Shown: positions 7,997-17,424, counted from the stretch's first letter. The stretch is 32,000 nt of DNA from Candidatus Altimarinota bacterium (GCA_041659405.1 JBAZYK010000001.1:120001-152000), one strand, 5' to 3'. The notes: generated by a model not told the origin, from the sequence alone. Translations and numbers: made by a program.

Positions 7997-10888
7997 TTAT
8001 TTTAGCACCTTTTTAAGCCATTGGCCCGTGTATGATGCGGCGACCTTGGCTACCTGCTCGGGTGTGCCTTTGGCGATGACTTCTCCGCCATTTTCTCCGC
8101 CTTCTGGGCCCAAATCAATAATGTAATCAACGGATTTAATCACATCAAGGTTGTGTTCAATACAAAGCACTGTATTGCCTTTTTCCACCAGCCTTTGCAG
8201 TACATCCAATAATTTCTTAACATCATCAAAATGCAAACCGGTGGTTGGCTCATCCAAAACATATAAAGTCTGACCTGTAGATTTCTTGGAAAGCTCGGTG
8301 GCAAGTTTAATACGCTGCGCCTCACCTCCGGAAAGAGTTGTAGCAGACTGGCCCAAATGGATATAACTCAAACCAACTTCATATAAAGTTTCCAGTTTGG
8401 CTTTGATATTTGGGATTGCCTGGAAAAATTCCAAAGCTTCCGCAACGGTCATTTCCAAGACATCGGCAATATTTTTTCCGCGATAAGTGACTTCCAGGGC
8501 TTCGTGATTATAGCGTTTGCCCTTACAAACCTCACATGGAACGTAAATATCAGGCAAAAAGTGCATTTCAATTTTTTTGATACCGTCTCCGGCACAGGCT
8601 TCACAACGACCACCTTTAACATTAAAGCTAAAACGTCCGGATTTATAGCCACGAAGTTTGGATTCCGGGGTTGATGCAAAAAGATCACGAACCTCGGTAA
8701 AAACGCCGGTATAAGTGGCAGGATTACTTCTTGGAGTTCTGCCGATTGGTGATTGGTCGATATTGATGATCTTATCAAGCTTTTCAATGCCTTCAATGCG
8801 TTCATGCTTCCCTACAGAGGTCTTTGTGCCGTAAATGACCTTGGATACCTCTTTGACCAAAATATCGTTTATAAGCGTCGATTTTCCAGACCCGGAAACA
8901 CCCGTAACACCAATAAAAGTGCCAAGAGGAAATTCGGCGGAAGCATTTCTTAAGTTATGTTCACCGGCATTTACTATTTTTATATAACTGCCATTCCCCT
9001 TGCGGCGTTTTTTAGGAATTGAAATTTCTTTTTTGCCGCTTAAATATTGTCCGGTTATGGAATTTGGATTTTTCATAATTTCCGCAGGAGTTCCGGCGGC
9101 AATTACCTGCCCACCATCTTTTCCCGCGCCGGGACCAATATCCAAAATATAATCGGAAGCAAGCATGGTATCCACGTCATGCTCAACCACAATCACGGTA
9201 TTTCCAAGATCACGCAAAGAAATAAGTGTCTTAATTAATTTTGCATTATCATTTTGATGAAGGCCAATAGATGGCTCATCCAAGACATAAACAACCCCAG
9301 AAAGACGTGAACCAATTTGAGTTGCCAGACGAATACGTTGCGCTTCTCCGCCGGAAAGGGTGTTTGCGGCTCGATCAAGCGTTAAATAAGAAAGACCAAC
9401 ATCCTGCAAAAAGCTTAAACGATTAAGTATTTCTTTTAAAATAAGACGCGCGATCTGCTCTTCCATCTCGCTCATTTTTAAACTTTGGAAGAAGTTGATG
9501 GCTTTGTTAACGGAAAGTTCGGTAGTTTGAATAATAGACTTATCATTCACTAAAACGGCCAGAATTTCGGGTTTCAAACGATTCCCGTGACAATCAGGGC
9601 ACTTTAAAATCCGCATAAATTTTTCGATCTTTTTGCGGATATAGTCGGAATCGGTCTCCAGATAGCGACGTTCCAGATTTGGGATCACTCCTTCAAAAGT
9701 GGTGTTATATTCGCCTTTAAATGCGGAATCACCGGCGTTGTTGCCCATCTGAACCGTATATTTTTTGCTGCTATCGCCATAAAGAATAATTTTCATGATT
9801 TCCGGACTGAGCTTTTTGATCGGCGCGTTCATGGAAAATTTGTGAGTTTTGGCCACAGATTCCAGAATGCGGTTGTACCAAGTAAGATGCGAAGTTGTCG
9901 CGGACCAGGGCATAATCGCGCCTTCGGCCGGAGTAAGATTTTCATTTGGGATAACCAGTTTTGGATCAATTTCCAACTTGGTTCCAAGGCCATGACAGGT
10001 AGGACAAGCGCCCTGCGGACTGTTAAAAGAAAAGCTTCTTGGACTTATTTCAGCAATATTTACGCCACAATCCAGGCAGGCAAAATGTTCGGAAAAAGTT
10101 TGTTGGTCTTTAGTGTCGTTATCCATGATTGTCATGACACCTTCGCCGTGTTTAAGAGCAGTCTCAACAGAATCGGCCAAACGGGTACGATCCGGATTAG
10201 GAAGCTCAATCTCATCACCGGAAGACAGCTTCTGGAACAGCCTTTTCAGGTTTTTGACCACAAGACGATCAACCACAATATCAATCGAATGTTTTTTGTT
10301 TTCTTCGAGTTCGGGAATATCTAAAATGCTGACAACTTCGCCGTCAACGCGCACGCGGACAAAACCATCTTTTTTAATTTTTTCAAAAACTTTGACGTGA
10401 CTGCCTTTGCGATCTTTAACAACCGGCGCAAGGAGGAGAATTTTTTTGTTTTCCGGCATGTTACCAACCGTATCAATGATCTGGCTGGCGGTTTGGCGCA
10501 TGATCGGCTTATTGCAATTTGGACAGTGCGGATGACCGATTTTGGCGTATAAAAGACGTAAATAGTCGTAAATTTCGGTTACGGTTCCAACCGTGGAGCG
10601 CGGATTCCTGCTGGCAGTTTTTTGATCAATGGAAATTGCCGGACTTAAGCCTTCAATCGAGTCAACATCCGGTTTTTCCATCAATTGCAAAAATTGGCGG
10701 GCGTAGGTTGAAAGGCTTTCCACATATCTTCTTTGTCCTTCAGCGTAAATGGTATCAAAAGCGAGCGAAGACTTGCCGGAGCCGGAAAGGCCGGTCATAA
10801 CCGTTAATTTGTCACGCGGAATTTCCACACTGATGTTTTTAAGGTTGTGGATGCGGGCGCCTTTAACAATGATTTTGTCGTGTTGCAT
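7997..10888 (-). CDS. uvrA: Excinuclease ABC subunit A
   Basis: [60 protein letters not shown]...; two Walker A motifs, duplicated LSGGEAQRI(R/K)LA signatures, CxxC zinc motifs. Confidence 0.99.
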   Translation of the reverse strand: MQHDKIIVKGARIHNLKNISVEIPRDKLTVMTGLSGSGKSSLAFDTIYAEGQRRYVESLSTYARQFLQLMEKPDVDSIEGLSPAISIDQKTASRNPRSTVGTVTEIYDYLRLLYAKIGHPHCPNCNKPIMRQTASQIIDTVGNMPENKKILLLAPVVKDRKGSHVKVFEKIKKDGFVRVRVDGEVVSILDIPELEENKKHSIDIVVDRLVVKNLKRLFQKLSSGDEIELPNPDRTRLADSVETALKHGEGVMTIMDNDTKDQQTFSEHFACLDCGVNIAEISPRSFSFNSPQGACPTCHGLGTKLEIDPKLVIPNENLTPAEGAIMPWSATTSHLTWYNRILESVAKTHKFSMNAPIKKLSPEIMKIILYGDSSKKYTVQMGNNAGDSAFKGEYNTTFEGVIPNLERRYLETDSDYIRKKIEKFMRILKCPDCHGNRLKPEILAVLVNDKSIIQTTELSVNKAINFFQSLKMSEMEEQIARLILKEILNRLSFLQDVGLSYLTLDRAANTLSGGEAQRIRLATQIGSRLSGVVYVLDEPSIGLHQNDNAKLIKTLISLRDLGNTVIVVEHDVDTMLASDYILDIGPGAGKDGGQVIAAGTPAEIMKNPNSITGQYLSGKKEISIPKKRRKGNGSYIKIVNAGEHNLRNASAEFPLGTFIGVTGVSGSGKSTLINDILVKEVSKVIYGTKTSVGKHERIEGIEKLDKIINIDQSPIGRTPRSNPATYTGVFTEVRDLFASTPESKLRGYKSGRFSFNVKGGRCEACAGDGIKKIEMHFLPDIYVPCEVCKGKRYNHEALEVTYRGKNIADVLEMTVAEALEFFQAIPNIKAKLETLYEVGLSYIHLGQSATTLSGGEAQRIKLATELSKKSTGQTLYVLDEPTTGLHFDDVKKLLDVLQRLVEKGNTVLCIEHNLDVIKSVDYIIDLGPEGGENGGEVIAKGTPEQVAKVAASYTGQWLKKVLK

Positions 10889-10915
10889 GAGTGAAAATTC
10901 TTTTAGAAGTTCTAG

Positions 10916-11108
10916 GTTCAGTATTTATTTTCTTGCTGTGAACGCTTCGCCTGTTCGCTGCGGACTTGCTTTGTACGCGAAGCGGACGAATGTGCTCGCC
11001 CGTTTCGCCCTCGGTCGTTGCCCTCGGGTACGCCTCCGCGAAGGTCTCGCATCATGATGCTCGACCGGCTGCGCTCGCAATGTCACAGCAAGAAAATAAA
11101 TACTGAAC
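10916..11108. mobile_element. MITE-like 193-bp element with perfect 26-bp terminal inverted repeats, no coding potential recognised
   Basis: GTTCAGTATTTATTTTCTTGCTGTGA (10916-10941) and its exact reverse complement (11083-11108); interior visibly GC-rich versus the AT-rich flanks and containing CGCTTCGC (10943-10950)/GCGAAGCG (10977-10984) and palindrome GCATCATGATGC (11049-11060). Confidence 0.6.
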
Positions 11109-11334
11109 AAAGCATATAAAAAAATTTAACCTTTAGGTTAAATCTTCTTTAAATACAGCCAAGATAGGCTAGCACGGAATTTTAAAAAGGGCAAGAGCGT
11201 GTTTGGGAATTCTTCAGGTTAATGTTTCAAATGGGGGGCGCTTTCTACCAGATTTAATAATCTGTTTAGATTTATTTAATCTTATCCGTGCTAAGCTGGT
11301 TTAAAAGTTGATTGATGAAATAGTTATTTTAGTA

Positions 11335-11349
11335 TACATTTGAAATGTA
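11335..11349. promoter_or_regulatory. Candidate toxin-antitoxin operator palindrome
   Basis: TACATTT-G-AAATGTA perfect inverted repeat, 48 bp upstream of the likely antitoxin start at 11397. Confidence 0.55.
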
Positions 11350-11396
11350 CATTTAATTTACTATTCCTACATCCCATGATCAATATTAATGATGAA

Positions 11397-11657
11397 ATGA
11401 AGCTTATTGGCGCTACTGAATTGCGTACTGAAGTCCCTAAATTGATTAACGATCTTAAAATGAAAACAGTTATTGTGACCAAGCGCGGCAAACCCGTTGC
11501 GGTCCTTCAAAACTACACCAAATATCAGGAAAAAGAAGATCTGCTGGACACTTTTGAAGACCTGGTGCTTGGCCATTTGGCTAAAGAGCGCCATGAAAAA
11601 AGTCAAAAAAGTGATTATATTCCCGCATCGGCCGTTTGGAAAAAACTTGGCATTTAA
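11397..11657 (+). CDS. Phd/YefM-type antitoxin
   Basis: MKLIGATELRTEVPKLINDLKMKTVIVTKRGKPVAVLQNY...; the ORF track start at 11340 is a TTG, the internal ATG at 11397 fits the family better. Confidence 0.85.
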   Translation: MKLIGATELRTEVPKLINDLKMKTVIVTKRGKPVAVLQNYTKYQEKEDLLDTFEDLVLGHLAKERHEKSQKSDYIPASAVWKKLGI

Positions 11658-11684
11658 CCTGACTACTACCTAAGGCTGATCAAT

Positions 11685-11984
11685 ATGTATGAAATCGTTT
11701 ATCATTCACTGGTTCTGAAAGATGATTTTAAAAAAATCTCTAAAGCTGACCAAAAAAAGCTTGTTCGCGCCATTGATAAAAAATTGACGCAGGCGCCGGA
11801 TGTTTTTGGTAAACCTCTCAGCGCAGAATTAAGAGGATATTATCGTTTACGCCTGGATCCTTACCGCGTAATTTATCGTATCGAAAAACAAAAAATCATT
11901 GTTTACGTTATTAAAATTGGCCTTAGAAAAGACCTCCTTGCTTATATCCAGGCCGCAAAAAGATTGGGGCTGATGAAGAATTGA
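11685..11984 (+). CDS. RelE/ParE-superfamily toxin
   Basis: YEIVYHSLVLKDDFKKI...LSAELRGYYRLRLDPYRVIYRIEKQKIIVYVIKIGLRKD; adjacent to and downstream of the antitoxin. Confidence 0.88.
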   Translation: MYEIVYHSLVLKDDFKKISKADQKKLVRAIDKKLTQAPDVFGKPLSAELRGYYRLRLDPYRVIYRIEKQKIIVYVIKIGLRKDLLAYIQAAKRLGLMKN

Positions 11985-12010
11985 ATCAAAAATCATTGCG
12001 CTCATTTACT

Positions 12011-12024
12011 TGTGCGCGCGCACA
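12011..12024. repeat. Short palindrome TGTGCGCGCGCACA, followed by GATTTT
   Basis: Perfect 14-bp palindrome; same core found at 17010-17023 and a variant at 14858-14877. Confidence 0.7.
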
Positions 12025-12130
12025 GATTTTGGTGTGTTTTTTTGGCTGGATTAAGAGATATCCCATCGTTAGGCATCAGGTAATTTGTATTCTAAAATTC
12101 AATCTTTTGGGGAATTGTTTTTTTTACGGA

Positions 12131-14176
12131 TTAGCCTGCCCTAGAATCTCTGGCTGCTGCTACTTTGGCTTCGGCGGATTCTTTTTCAAAATACAAAATT
12201 TCAGCCTCGTCACCTGTATGAGCTCTATAAATTCTTACGAGATATTTGTCATTTTCATTTTTTCCAAGCCACATTTCGTAGTAACCTAAGTCCTTTCCCT
12301 CTTTATCCGTATTTTCCTTAGTTAGCAATTCTTCTGCTTTCTCCGTTATTGGCTTAGGTAGCTTTTTAAAATCAGTTTTTTCTAGTTTATTTTTTTTATA
12401 TCCTTCTGGTTTGATAAATTTACCTTTTTTGTTTTTTTCTTTTATTATTTTTATTTGCACTTGTTCCTTTGGGGCTTCTACACTTGCAGGAGCTGCGTCG
12501 GACGAAACTATGGATACTTGAGGCGCAGCAGCAGGTTCAGCGGCAACTGTTGGAGCAGGTGCTTGAGAAGCTGAATCTTCGGCAGGGCTTGCTGCAGGTG
12601 CCATTAAAGATTGACCTGTTGCTGGGATTTGTTCAGTAGTTGTCGTCGACCCTTCAGAAAATCTTTTTAAATCTGCCATAGTTAGCTTTGTGATTTTTTT
12701 CCAATCAATGCGAGTTTTATCTTGAGCCTTGTTTGTGACACCTCCAATGTTTGCCAAATGGTTTTTCACTAGATCAGGCCATTTTGATTGATCTTCTTCT
12801 GCACTTAATAATCTTTCAAGAATTGTTCTAACCCTTACTCTTAGATTTGTATTTTCAACTCGAGAAACAAAGTCGTTAGTGAAAATTGTTTTTGCATATT
12901 CTCTGTATTCTCTCCATTGCTTTTGATTTGAATCTGATTCTGGCCCCAGAATAACTCTTTTTTCTAAAATAGATAAACCCTCGGGAGCATTGTTAAGCGC
13001 CCATTGGACAGGACTTTGTAGAGCTGCGATTTTAGCATTTCTAGTGTCTTCATTTTTTTCGTCGCGAATGACAGGCTCCTGGAGTTTTAAATAAGTTTCA
13101 TAACCCTTGAATGCTTTTGCTCCAGCAGAGTCACTATTATCTTTAAATTGGCGATTTGCTTCGAACATTAATCCCCAAATCCTGCCGGTAAATTTGGATG
13201 TATCGCTTATGTCGGGGCTATTCTCATTAAATCCCTGGTCTATGCAATATTGAACGCTTCCTCTTGGGGCTGCCTTGAGAACTTCTCCATTGGGCCCACC
13301 GTCTTCTAATGTTTCATATCCCCCGTCATGAAAAGTATCGACAAAAGACATGTAATTTGCCCCACCGGTCATTGATTTGTTTTGAGCCTTTTTTGCTTCT
13401 TCGACAAAATCTTTATATTTTGCGGCCGCAGCTTCGGGGCCTTCGGTTTCATAAATTACTTGCAACATTGTTTTTAAGGCACTCTTCATTTGCTCACTTG
13501 ACCAAGTACTTTCCTCCCTTTCCGGTTCTTTCCTTACTCCACTTGCATCAATATAACTTGGTTTTTTGATATAAGGGATCGTGGCTTGATCATCGAAACT
13601 GGTAACTCCTCCAATAATAACTTCGTCAATAGGCCGTAATGATACGGATTTATCATAAAATTTACCAACGGCACCGTACATAAATTTATCAAAATCCTCA
13701 TCTGATTCACCGAAGGGCTTGGCAAGATTAGAGCGATATCTTTCCTGCATTTTTAGATCTTGCGGCAAAGCATCAGACATCTCTTTTGCTGTTTGCTTGG
13801 CATTTTCCGTAATTTTAGCATTTGATTCAGCTAATTTACTTTGTATTGCTTCTAAAACTTTGGCTTTTAGCCCCGCCAATGCATTCTTATATTCAGACCT
13901 TGTTTTTTCGACCTCATCCAAATCGGCATTCTCAGCCTTTTCGGCAAGGATGGCTGCAATATTTTTTCCCATTAATTTTCCGATGTGATTATCGATGGCT
14001 TTTTCTACTTCGGTTTTTTGTTCTTCCCAATTGATTACAACATCTCGTTTTGAAGGCAGAGCCTTCTCTCCGGCTTCGGCTAAAGGATGCTGATATTCTT
14101 GGACGTTGACCTCATAACAAAACCTCCTTGAGGTCAGATTAATTTTGTAATTAAAGCAGGTGATTTTCTTTATCAT
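12131..14176 (-). CDS. Large hypothetical protein, 681 aa, with Ala/Pro-rich linker
   Basis: Long ORF; charged/helical N-terminal part, linker ATGQSLMAPAASPAEDSASQAPAPTVAAEPAAAP, and distinct Lys-rich C-terminal part; true start may be further inside. Confidence 0.75.
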   Translation of the reverse strand: MIKKITCFNYKINLTSRRFCYEVNVQEYQHPLAEAGEKALPSKRDVVINWEEQKTEVEKAIDNHIGKLMGKNIAAILAEKAENADLDEVEKTRSEYKNALAGLKAKVLEAIQSKLAESNAKITENAKQTAKEMSDALPQDLKMQERYRSNLAKPFGESDEDFDKFMYGAVGKFYDKSVSLRPIDEVIIGGVTSFDDQATIPYIKKPSYIDASGVRKEPEREESTWSSEQMKSALKTMLQVIYETEGPEAAAAKYKDFVEEAKKAQNKSMTGGANYMSFVDTFHDGGYETLEDGGPNGEVLKAAPRGSVQYCIDQGFNENSPDISDTSKFTGRIWGLMFEANRQFKDNSDSAGAKAFKGYETYLKLQEPVIRDEKNEDTRNAKIAALQSPVQWALNNAPEGLSILEKRVILGPESDSNQKQWREYREYAKTIFTNDFVSRVENTNLRVRVRTILERLLSAEEDQSKWPDLVKNHLANIGGVTNKAQDKTRIDWKKITKLTMADLKRFSEGSTTTTEQIPATGQSLMAPAASPAEDSASQAPAPTVAAEPAAAPQVSIVSSDAAPASVEAPKEQVQIKIIKEKNKKGKFIKPEGYKKNKLEKTDFKKLPKPITEKAEELLTKENTDKEGKDLGYYEMWLGKNENDKYLVRIYRAHTGDEAEILYFEKESAEAKVAAARDSRAG

Positions 14177-14178
14177 AG

Positions 14179-14538
14179 TTATATTTGTTTGAGGATATTT
14201 TCAGCCTCACTGAGGTCTTTTTGTTCTAATTTATTTTGTTTATTTTTTATTAATTTTTCGGAATATTTTTTGTAAATGCCTGATCCTTCGGCCTCGAAAT
14301 CATTTAATAACCGATTTTTTTTAATAATAAAATCCTGGATTATTTTGTCATTAACATATTTTTCCTGAATAACGACAGGATAAAGTCTCATCAATAAAGT
14401 TTTATTTTTTTCAGAAATGGCTTTTTCAATCTGCTGAATATCCATCCTGGAAAGATACTTCATAGCTTTTGAACTATAGAAAAGCTCTTGAAAATTTTGG
14501 ATAGAAAACGGTTTTATAATTGTGCTTTGCGTAGCCAT
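14179..14538 (-). CDS. Hypothetical protein, 119 aa
   Basis: ORF directly upstream of the 681-aa gene on the same strand (2-bp gap). Confidence 0.65.
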   Translation of the reverse strand: MATQSTIIKPFSIQNFQELFYSSKAMKYLSRMDIQQIEKAISEKNKTLLMRLYPVVIQEKYVNDKIIQDFIIKKNRLLNDFEAEGSGIYKKYSEKLIKNKQNKLEQKDLSEAENILKQI

Positions 14539-14630
14539 AAAATTTGTTTTTGAATTTCTTTTTATTTTACCATAAAATGGCCGGATTTACAAATCAGCTT
14601 CATTAAAAATGCCTTAAATTGGAGTGGAAT

Positions 14631-16433
14631 TTATATTTTCATTTCCTTGCCTATCATTTCTTCCATTTCCGGATGCTTTTTTTGATGGATGTAGAGCTCT
14701 GTTCTTCGGCGAATGAAGTCTTCGGCGGTGCGCACGAATTCGTGGTCTATGCCGTAGAAAAGTTGGGCCCAAATGACCGGCGACTGTGAGATAATGCGCG
14801 ATGCAGGATCGAGCTGCGTTGGTACGTGCTGCGATTTTGACTCAGTTTTGTCCGTGGATCTGTGCCCGGGCACAGATTTATTTGTTTTAGCCGGGTGCTG
14901 GCCAAAATGCTCCTCCAAATACGGCAAAAACTGGTCAATTTGGCTACCATAGGTGTTGAGTAGATTGTCGGCGATATCCGGATCGAGCGCTTGTAATTGC
15001 GATTTTTGGGCAAGTTTATGTTTTTTAAATTCGGCGAAATTTTGTTCATGGAAATTGCTGCCCGGAAGTTTTTGGTCGGCGGTATGGCATTTAGAAGCTC
15101 TTTTTTGGGCCACCAAATCCGTAACTTTTTGGGCCAATCTGCGATAGGTGGTTATTTTTCCTCCAACAACGGAAATTAGCGTCCCGTTATAGCCAATCTG
15201 GTCAGTTTTTAGCTTGTATTCGCGGGTAACGGCTCCTTCCTTTACGCCCTCAACATGCAAAAGCGGACGCAATCCCGCATAATCGGCAACAATATCGCTT
15301 AATTTTAATTTTTTTTCCGGAAATAAACGATTGAGTTCGGTAAGCAGATAATCACGATCACCGTCATTAGCCTTCACCTCATCAGGATTTTTTTGATAGT
15401 CGGTATCGGTAGTTCCAACCAGCGAATATTCGCCCCAGGGGATCACGAAAAAGACACGTCCATCATATTGTGCGCCAATCAATAAAGCCTGCTCATTGGT
15501 AATTTTTGGGATGAAAAAATGAATGCCTTTGGTTAGGCGTAGGTTGGAATAAGGACTTTTGAGAAATGATTTAGGAGAATTGGAACCATGCTGGTTTTCC
15601 TTGCCCGGCTGACTTGCTTCATCTTGCTCCTCTTCCACATGCCATTTTTTAAGATTTTGATCGAGCCACGGGCCGGTGGCGTTAACGATAATTGGGGCGA
15701 TGTAAGTCGTTTTTTCGGCTGTGAGCACGTCCTGGCAAACCACTTCAACGCCGTCAGCACGCTCTTCTCTGGGCTTCCCATTTTTTCCGTCGATGGAAAA
15801 ATGCGCTTTAATAGTCGCCACTTCGGTATAGTTTTTAACGGTCGCACCATGTTTGGCAGCATCCTGAATATTGGCCAATACAAGCCGTGCGTCATTGGTT
15901 TGAGCATCATAATAAATTCCGCCACCTTTCAAGCCTTCTTTTTTAAGATTGGGAATAAGTTTCAGAACTCCCTTTTTGCTGAGGTTTTTGTGCCATTTAA
16001 GATTCTGGAATCCCGCCATCAAATCATACAAAAGCATGCCAAGCTTCACGAGCCACGCCGGGCGTTTATCGCCTTTATAAACAGGAATCACAAAGCCGAG
16101 CATGTGGACCAGCTGTGGCGCGATTTTAGTGAGGATTTTGCGCTCGTGGCAGGCCTCCCAAACCAGTTTAAAATCGTAATTTTCCAGATAACGGATGCCC
16201 CCGTGAATGAGTTTGGTGGATCTGCTGCTTGTGCCATAGGCAAAATCGTCCTTATCCACAAGCAGGACTTTAAGGCCGCGCATAGCGCTGTCACGGGCAA
16301 TTCCCGCGCCATTGATGCCGCCGCCGATGATGATTAGGTCGAAGTGGGTTGGATTGGCCTTATGCGTGGTGGTATCGGATTGTTTTTTGGAAGGGCTGGT
16401 ATTCACGCGATTAAAAATTAATAATTTCACCAA
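14631..16433 (-). CDS. glpD: FAD-dependent glycerol-3-phosphate dehydrogenase
   Basis: FDLIIIGGGINGAGIARDSAMRGLKVLLVDKDDFAYGTSSRSTKLIHGGIRYLE; VGTTDTDY; GGKITTYRRLA; C-terminal EDFIRRRT. Confidence 0.93.
   Translation of the reverse strand: MVKLLIFNRVNTSPSKKQSDTTTHKANPTHFDLIIIGGGINGAGIARDSAMRGLKVLLVDKDDFAYGTSSRSTKLIHGGIRYLENYDFKLVWEACHERKILTKIAPQLVHMLGFVIPVYKGDKRPAWLVKLGMLLYDLMAGFQNLKWHKNLSKKGVLKLIPNLKKEGLKGGGIYYDAQTNDARLVLANIQDAAKHGATVKNYTEVATIKAHFSIDGKNGKPREERADGVEVVCQDVLTAEKTTYIAPIIVNATGPWLDQNLKKWHVEEEQDEASQPGKENQHGSNSPKSFLKSPYSNLRLTKGIHFFIPKITNEQALLIGAQYDGRVFFVIPWGEYSLVGTTDTDYQKNPDEVKANDGDRDYLLTELNRLFPEKKLKLSDIVADYAGLRPLLHVEGVKEGAVTREYKLKTDQIGYNGTLISVVGGKITTYRRLAQKVTDLVAQKRASKCHTADQKLPGSNFHEQNFAEFKKHKLAQKSQLQALDPDIADNLLNTYGSQIDQFLPYLEEHFGQHPAKTNKSVPGHRSTDKTESKSQHVPTQLDPASRIISQSPVIWAQLFYGIDHEFVRTAEDFIRRRTELYIHQKKHPEMEEMIGKEMKI
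14858..14877. repeat. Perfect 20-bp palindrome inside the glpD coding sequence
   Basis: ATCTGTGCCC|GGGCACAGAT. Confidence 0.85.
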
Positions 16434-17424
16434 TATTTTTAAGAATAAGTTCCGGCTTGACTTGGCTTTTTTTAGCCATTTTCAAGGTCGTTTCCCCACT
16501 TAAAACCAGGGCGCTTGTGATCCCGTAATCGTTGGCGCCTTTTATGTCTGTGTAAAGGCGATCGCCGATCATGATCATCTCGTTTTTGGTGCATTTAAGT
16601 CGTTTTTGGAGTTGCTGGTAAATGATTGGCTGCGGCTTGCCAATGATGACGGGCTTGCGGGTGGTTGCGCGCGCCTTGGTTGCGTCTCCCTCTTTAGCCT
16701 GATTGGTCGCAGAGAAAGCTGTTTCAAAGGCATTTAGCAATGTGCCAATATCAGGATGAAATCCATCGGTAGTGGGCACAAGCGTGTCCGGATGAGTCGC
16801 ATAAAAAGGCACTCCGGCCATGATGTAATCGTAAGCGATGCAGAATTTTTGGTAATTGAAAGTGGTGTCAAAAGTAAGAACTACTGCTTGAGGCAGGGCT
16901 TTCGAGCGCGCAGAACTTTCTTTAAAAAAGCTGATCGCTGAACTCATTTCCGGGTCAGGTCGTTGCGCATTATGCGCCGTTGATTTTTTTGAAGATTGTG
17001 ATGAATGCGTGTGCGCGCGCACAGATTCATGGCTGTTTTCTGGCTTATTTAAGCTATTTTGAGTTTTATTTTCTTCGTCAAGCTTTATAAGTTCAAATCC
17101 CGCCTCTACAAATTCACGCTCAACTTCCGGCGTGGCCATTAAAAAAATCCTGCGCAAACCTTGCTGCTGTAGATATTCAATCGTTGCATTCAGACTCGTA
17201 TAGATTTCATCTTCTTTTGGAGCCAGCCCAATTTTGTTTAGCTTCTGCAGATATTCGGCTGTGCTTTTGGAAGAATTATTACTCAAAAAAATCGGTTTGC
17301 GCCCGCTATCACGCAAAGTTTTAATAAATTTTTTAGTGTATGGGAAAAGTTTAGAACCGCGGTAAAGCGTTCCATCCAAATCCAACAAAAAATATTTTTT
17401 ATACTGGAGAATAGAATTTGGCAC
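16411..17424 (-). CDS. HAD-IIA (NagD-like) phosphatase
   Basis: KYFLLDLDGTLYRGSKLFPYTKKFIKTLRDSGRKPIFLSNNSSKS...; KPQPIIYQQLQKRL; MIGDRLYTDIKGANDYGITSALVLSGET; overlaps glpD by 23 bp. Confidence 0.92.
   Translation of the reverse strand: MPNSILQYKKYFLLDLDGTLYRGSKLFPYTKKFIKTLRDSGRKPIFLSNNSSKSTAEYLQKLNKIGLAPKEDEIYTSLNATIEYLQQQGLRRIFLMATPEVEREFVEAGFELIKLDEENKTQNSLNKPENSHESVRAHTHSSQSSKKSTAHNAQRPDPEMSSAISFFKESSARSKALPQAVVLTFDTTFNYQKFCIAYDYIMAGVPFYATHPDTLVPTTDGFHPDIGTLLNAFETAFSATNQAKEGDATKARATTRKPVIIGKPQPIIYQQLQKRLKCTKNEMIMIGDRLYTDIKGANDYGITSALVLSGETTLKMAKKSQVKPELILKNIGEIINF
17001..17030. repeat. Extended palindrome inside the HAD phosphatase gene
   Basis: ATGAAT-gcg-TGTGCGCGCGCACA-g-ATTCAT; second nearby palindrome GCGCAT-T-ATGCGC at 16965-16977. 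Confidence 0.75.

Noticed and set aside
8140-10800. Multiple 60-160 aa ORFs on the plus strand over uvrA, and similar antisense ORFs over glpD, recF, thrS and atpA
   Set aside because: All lie opposite or out of frame with well-conserved genes and show no family resemblance.
10749-11110. ORFs crossing the 193-bp TIR element (10749-11057 +, 10925-11110 -)
   Set aside because: Arginine/alanine-rich translations typical of GC-rich non-coding DNA; one also overlaps uvrA on the opposite strand. I do not see a transposase.
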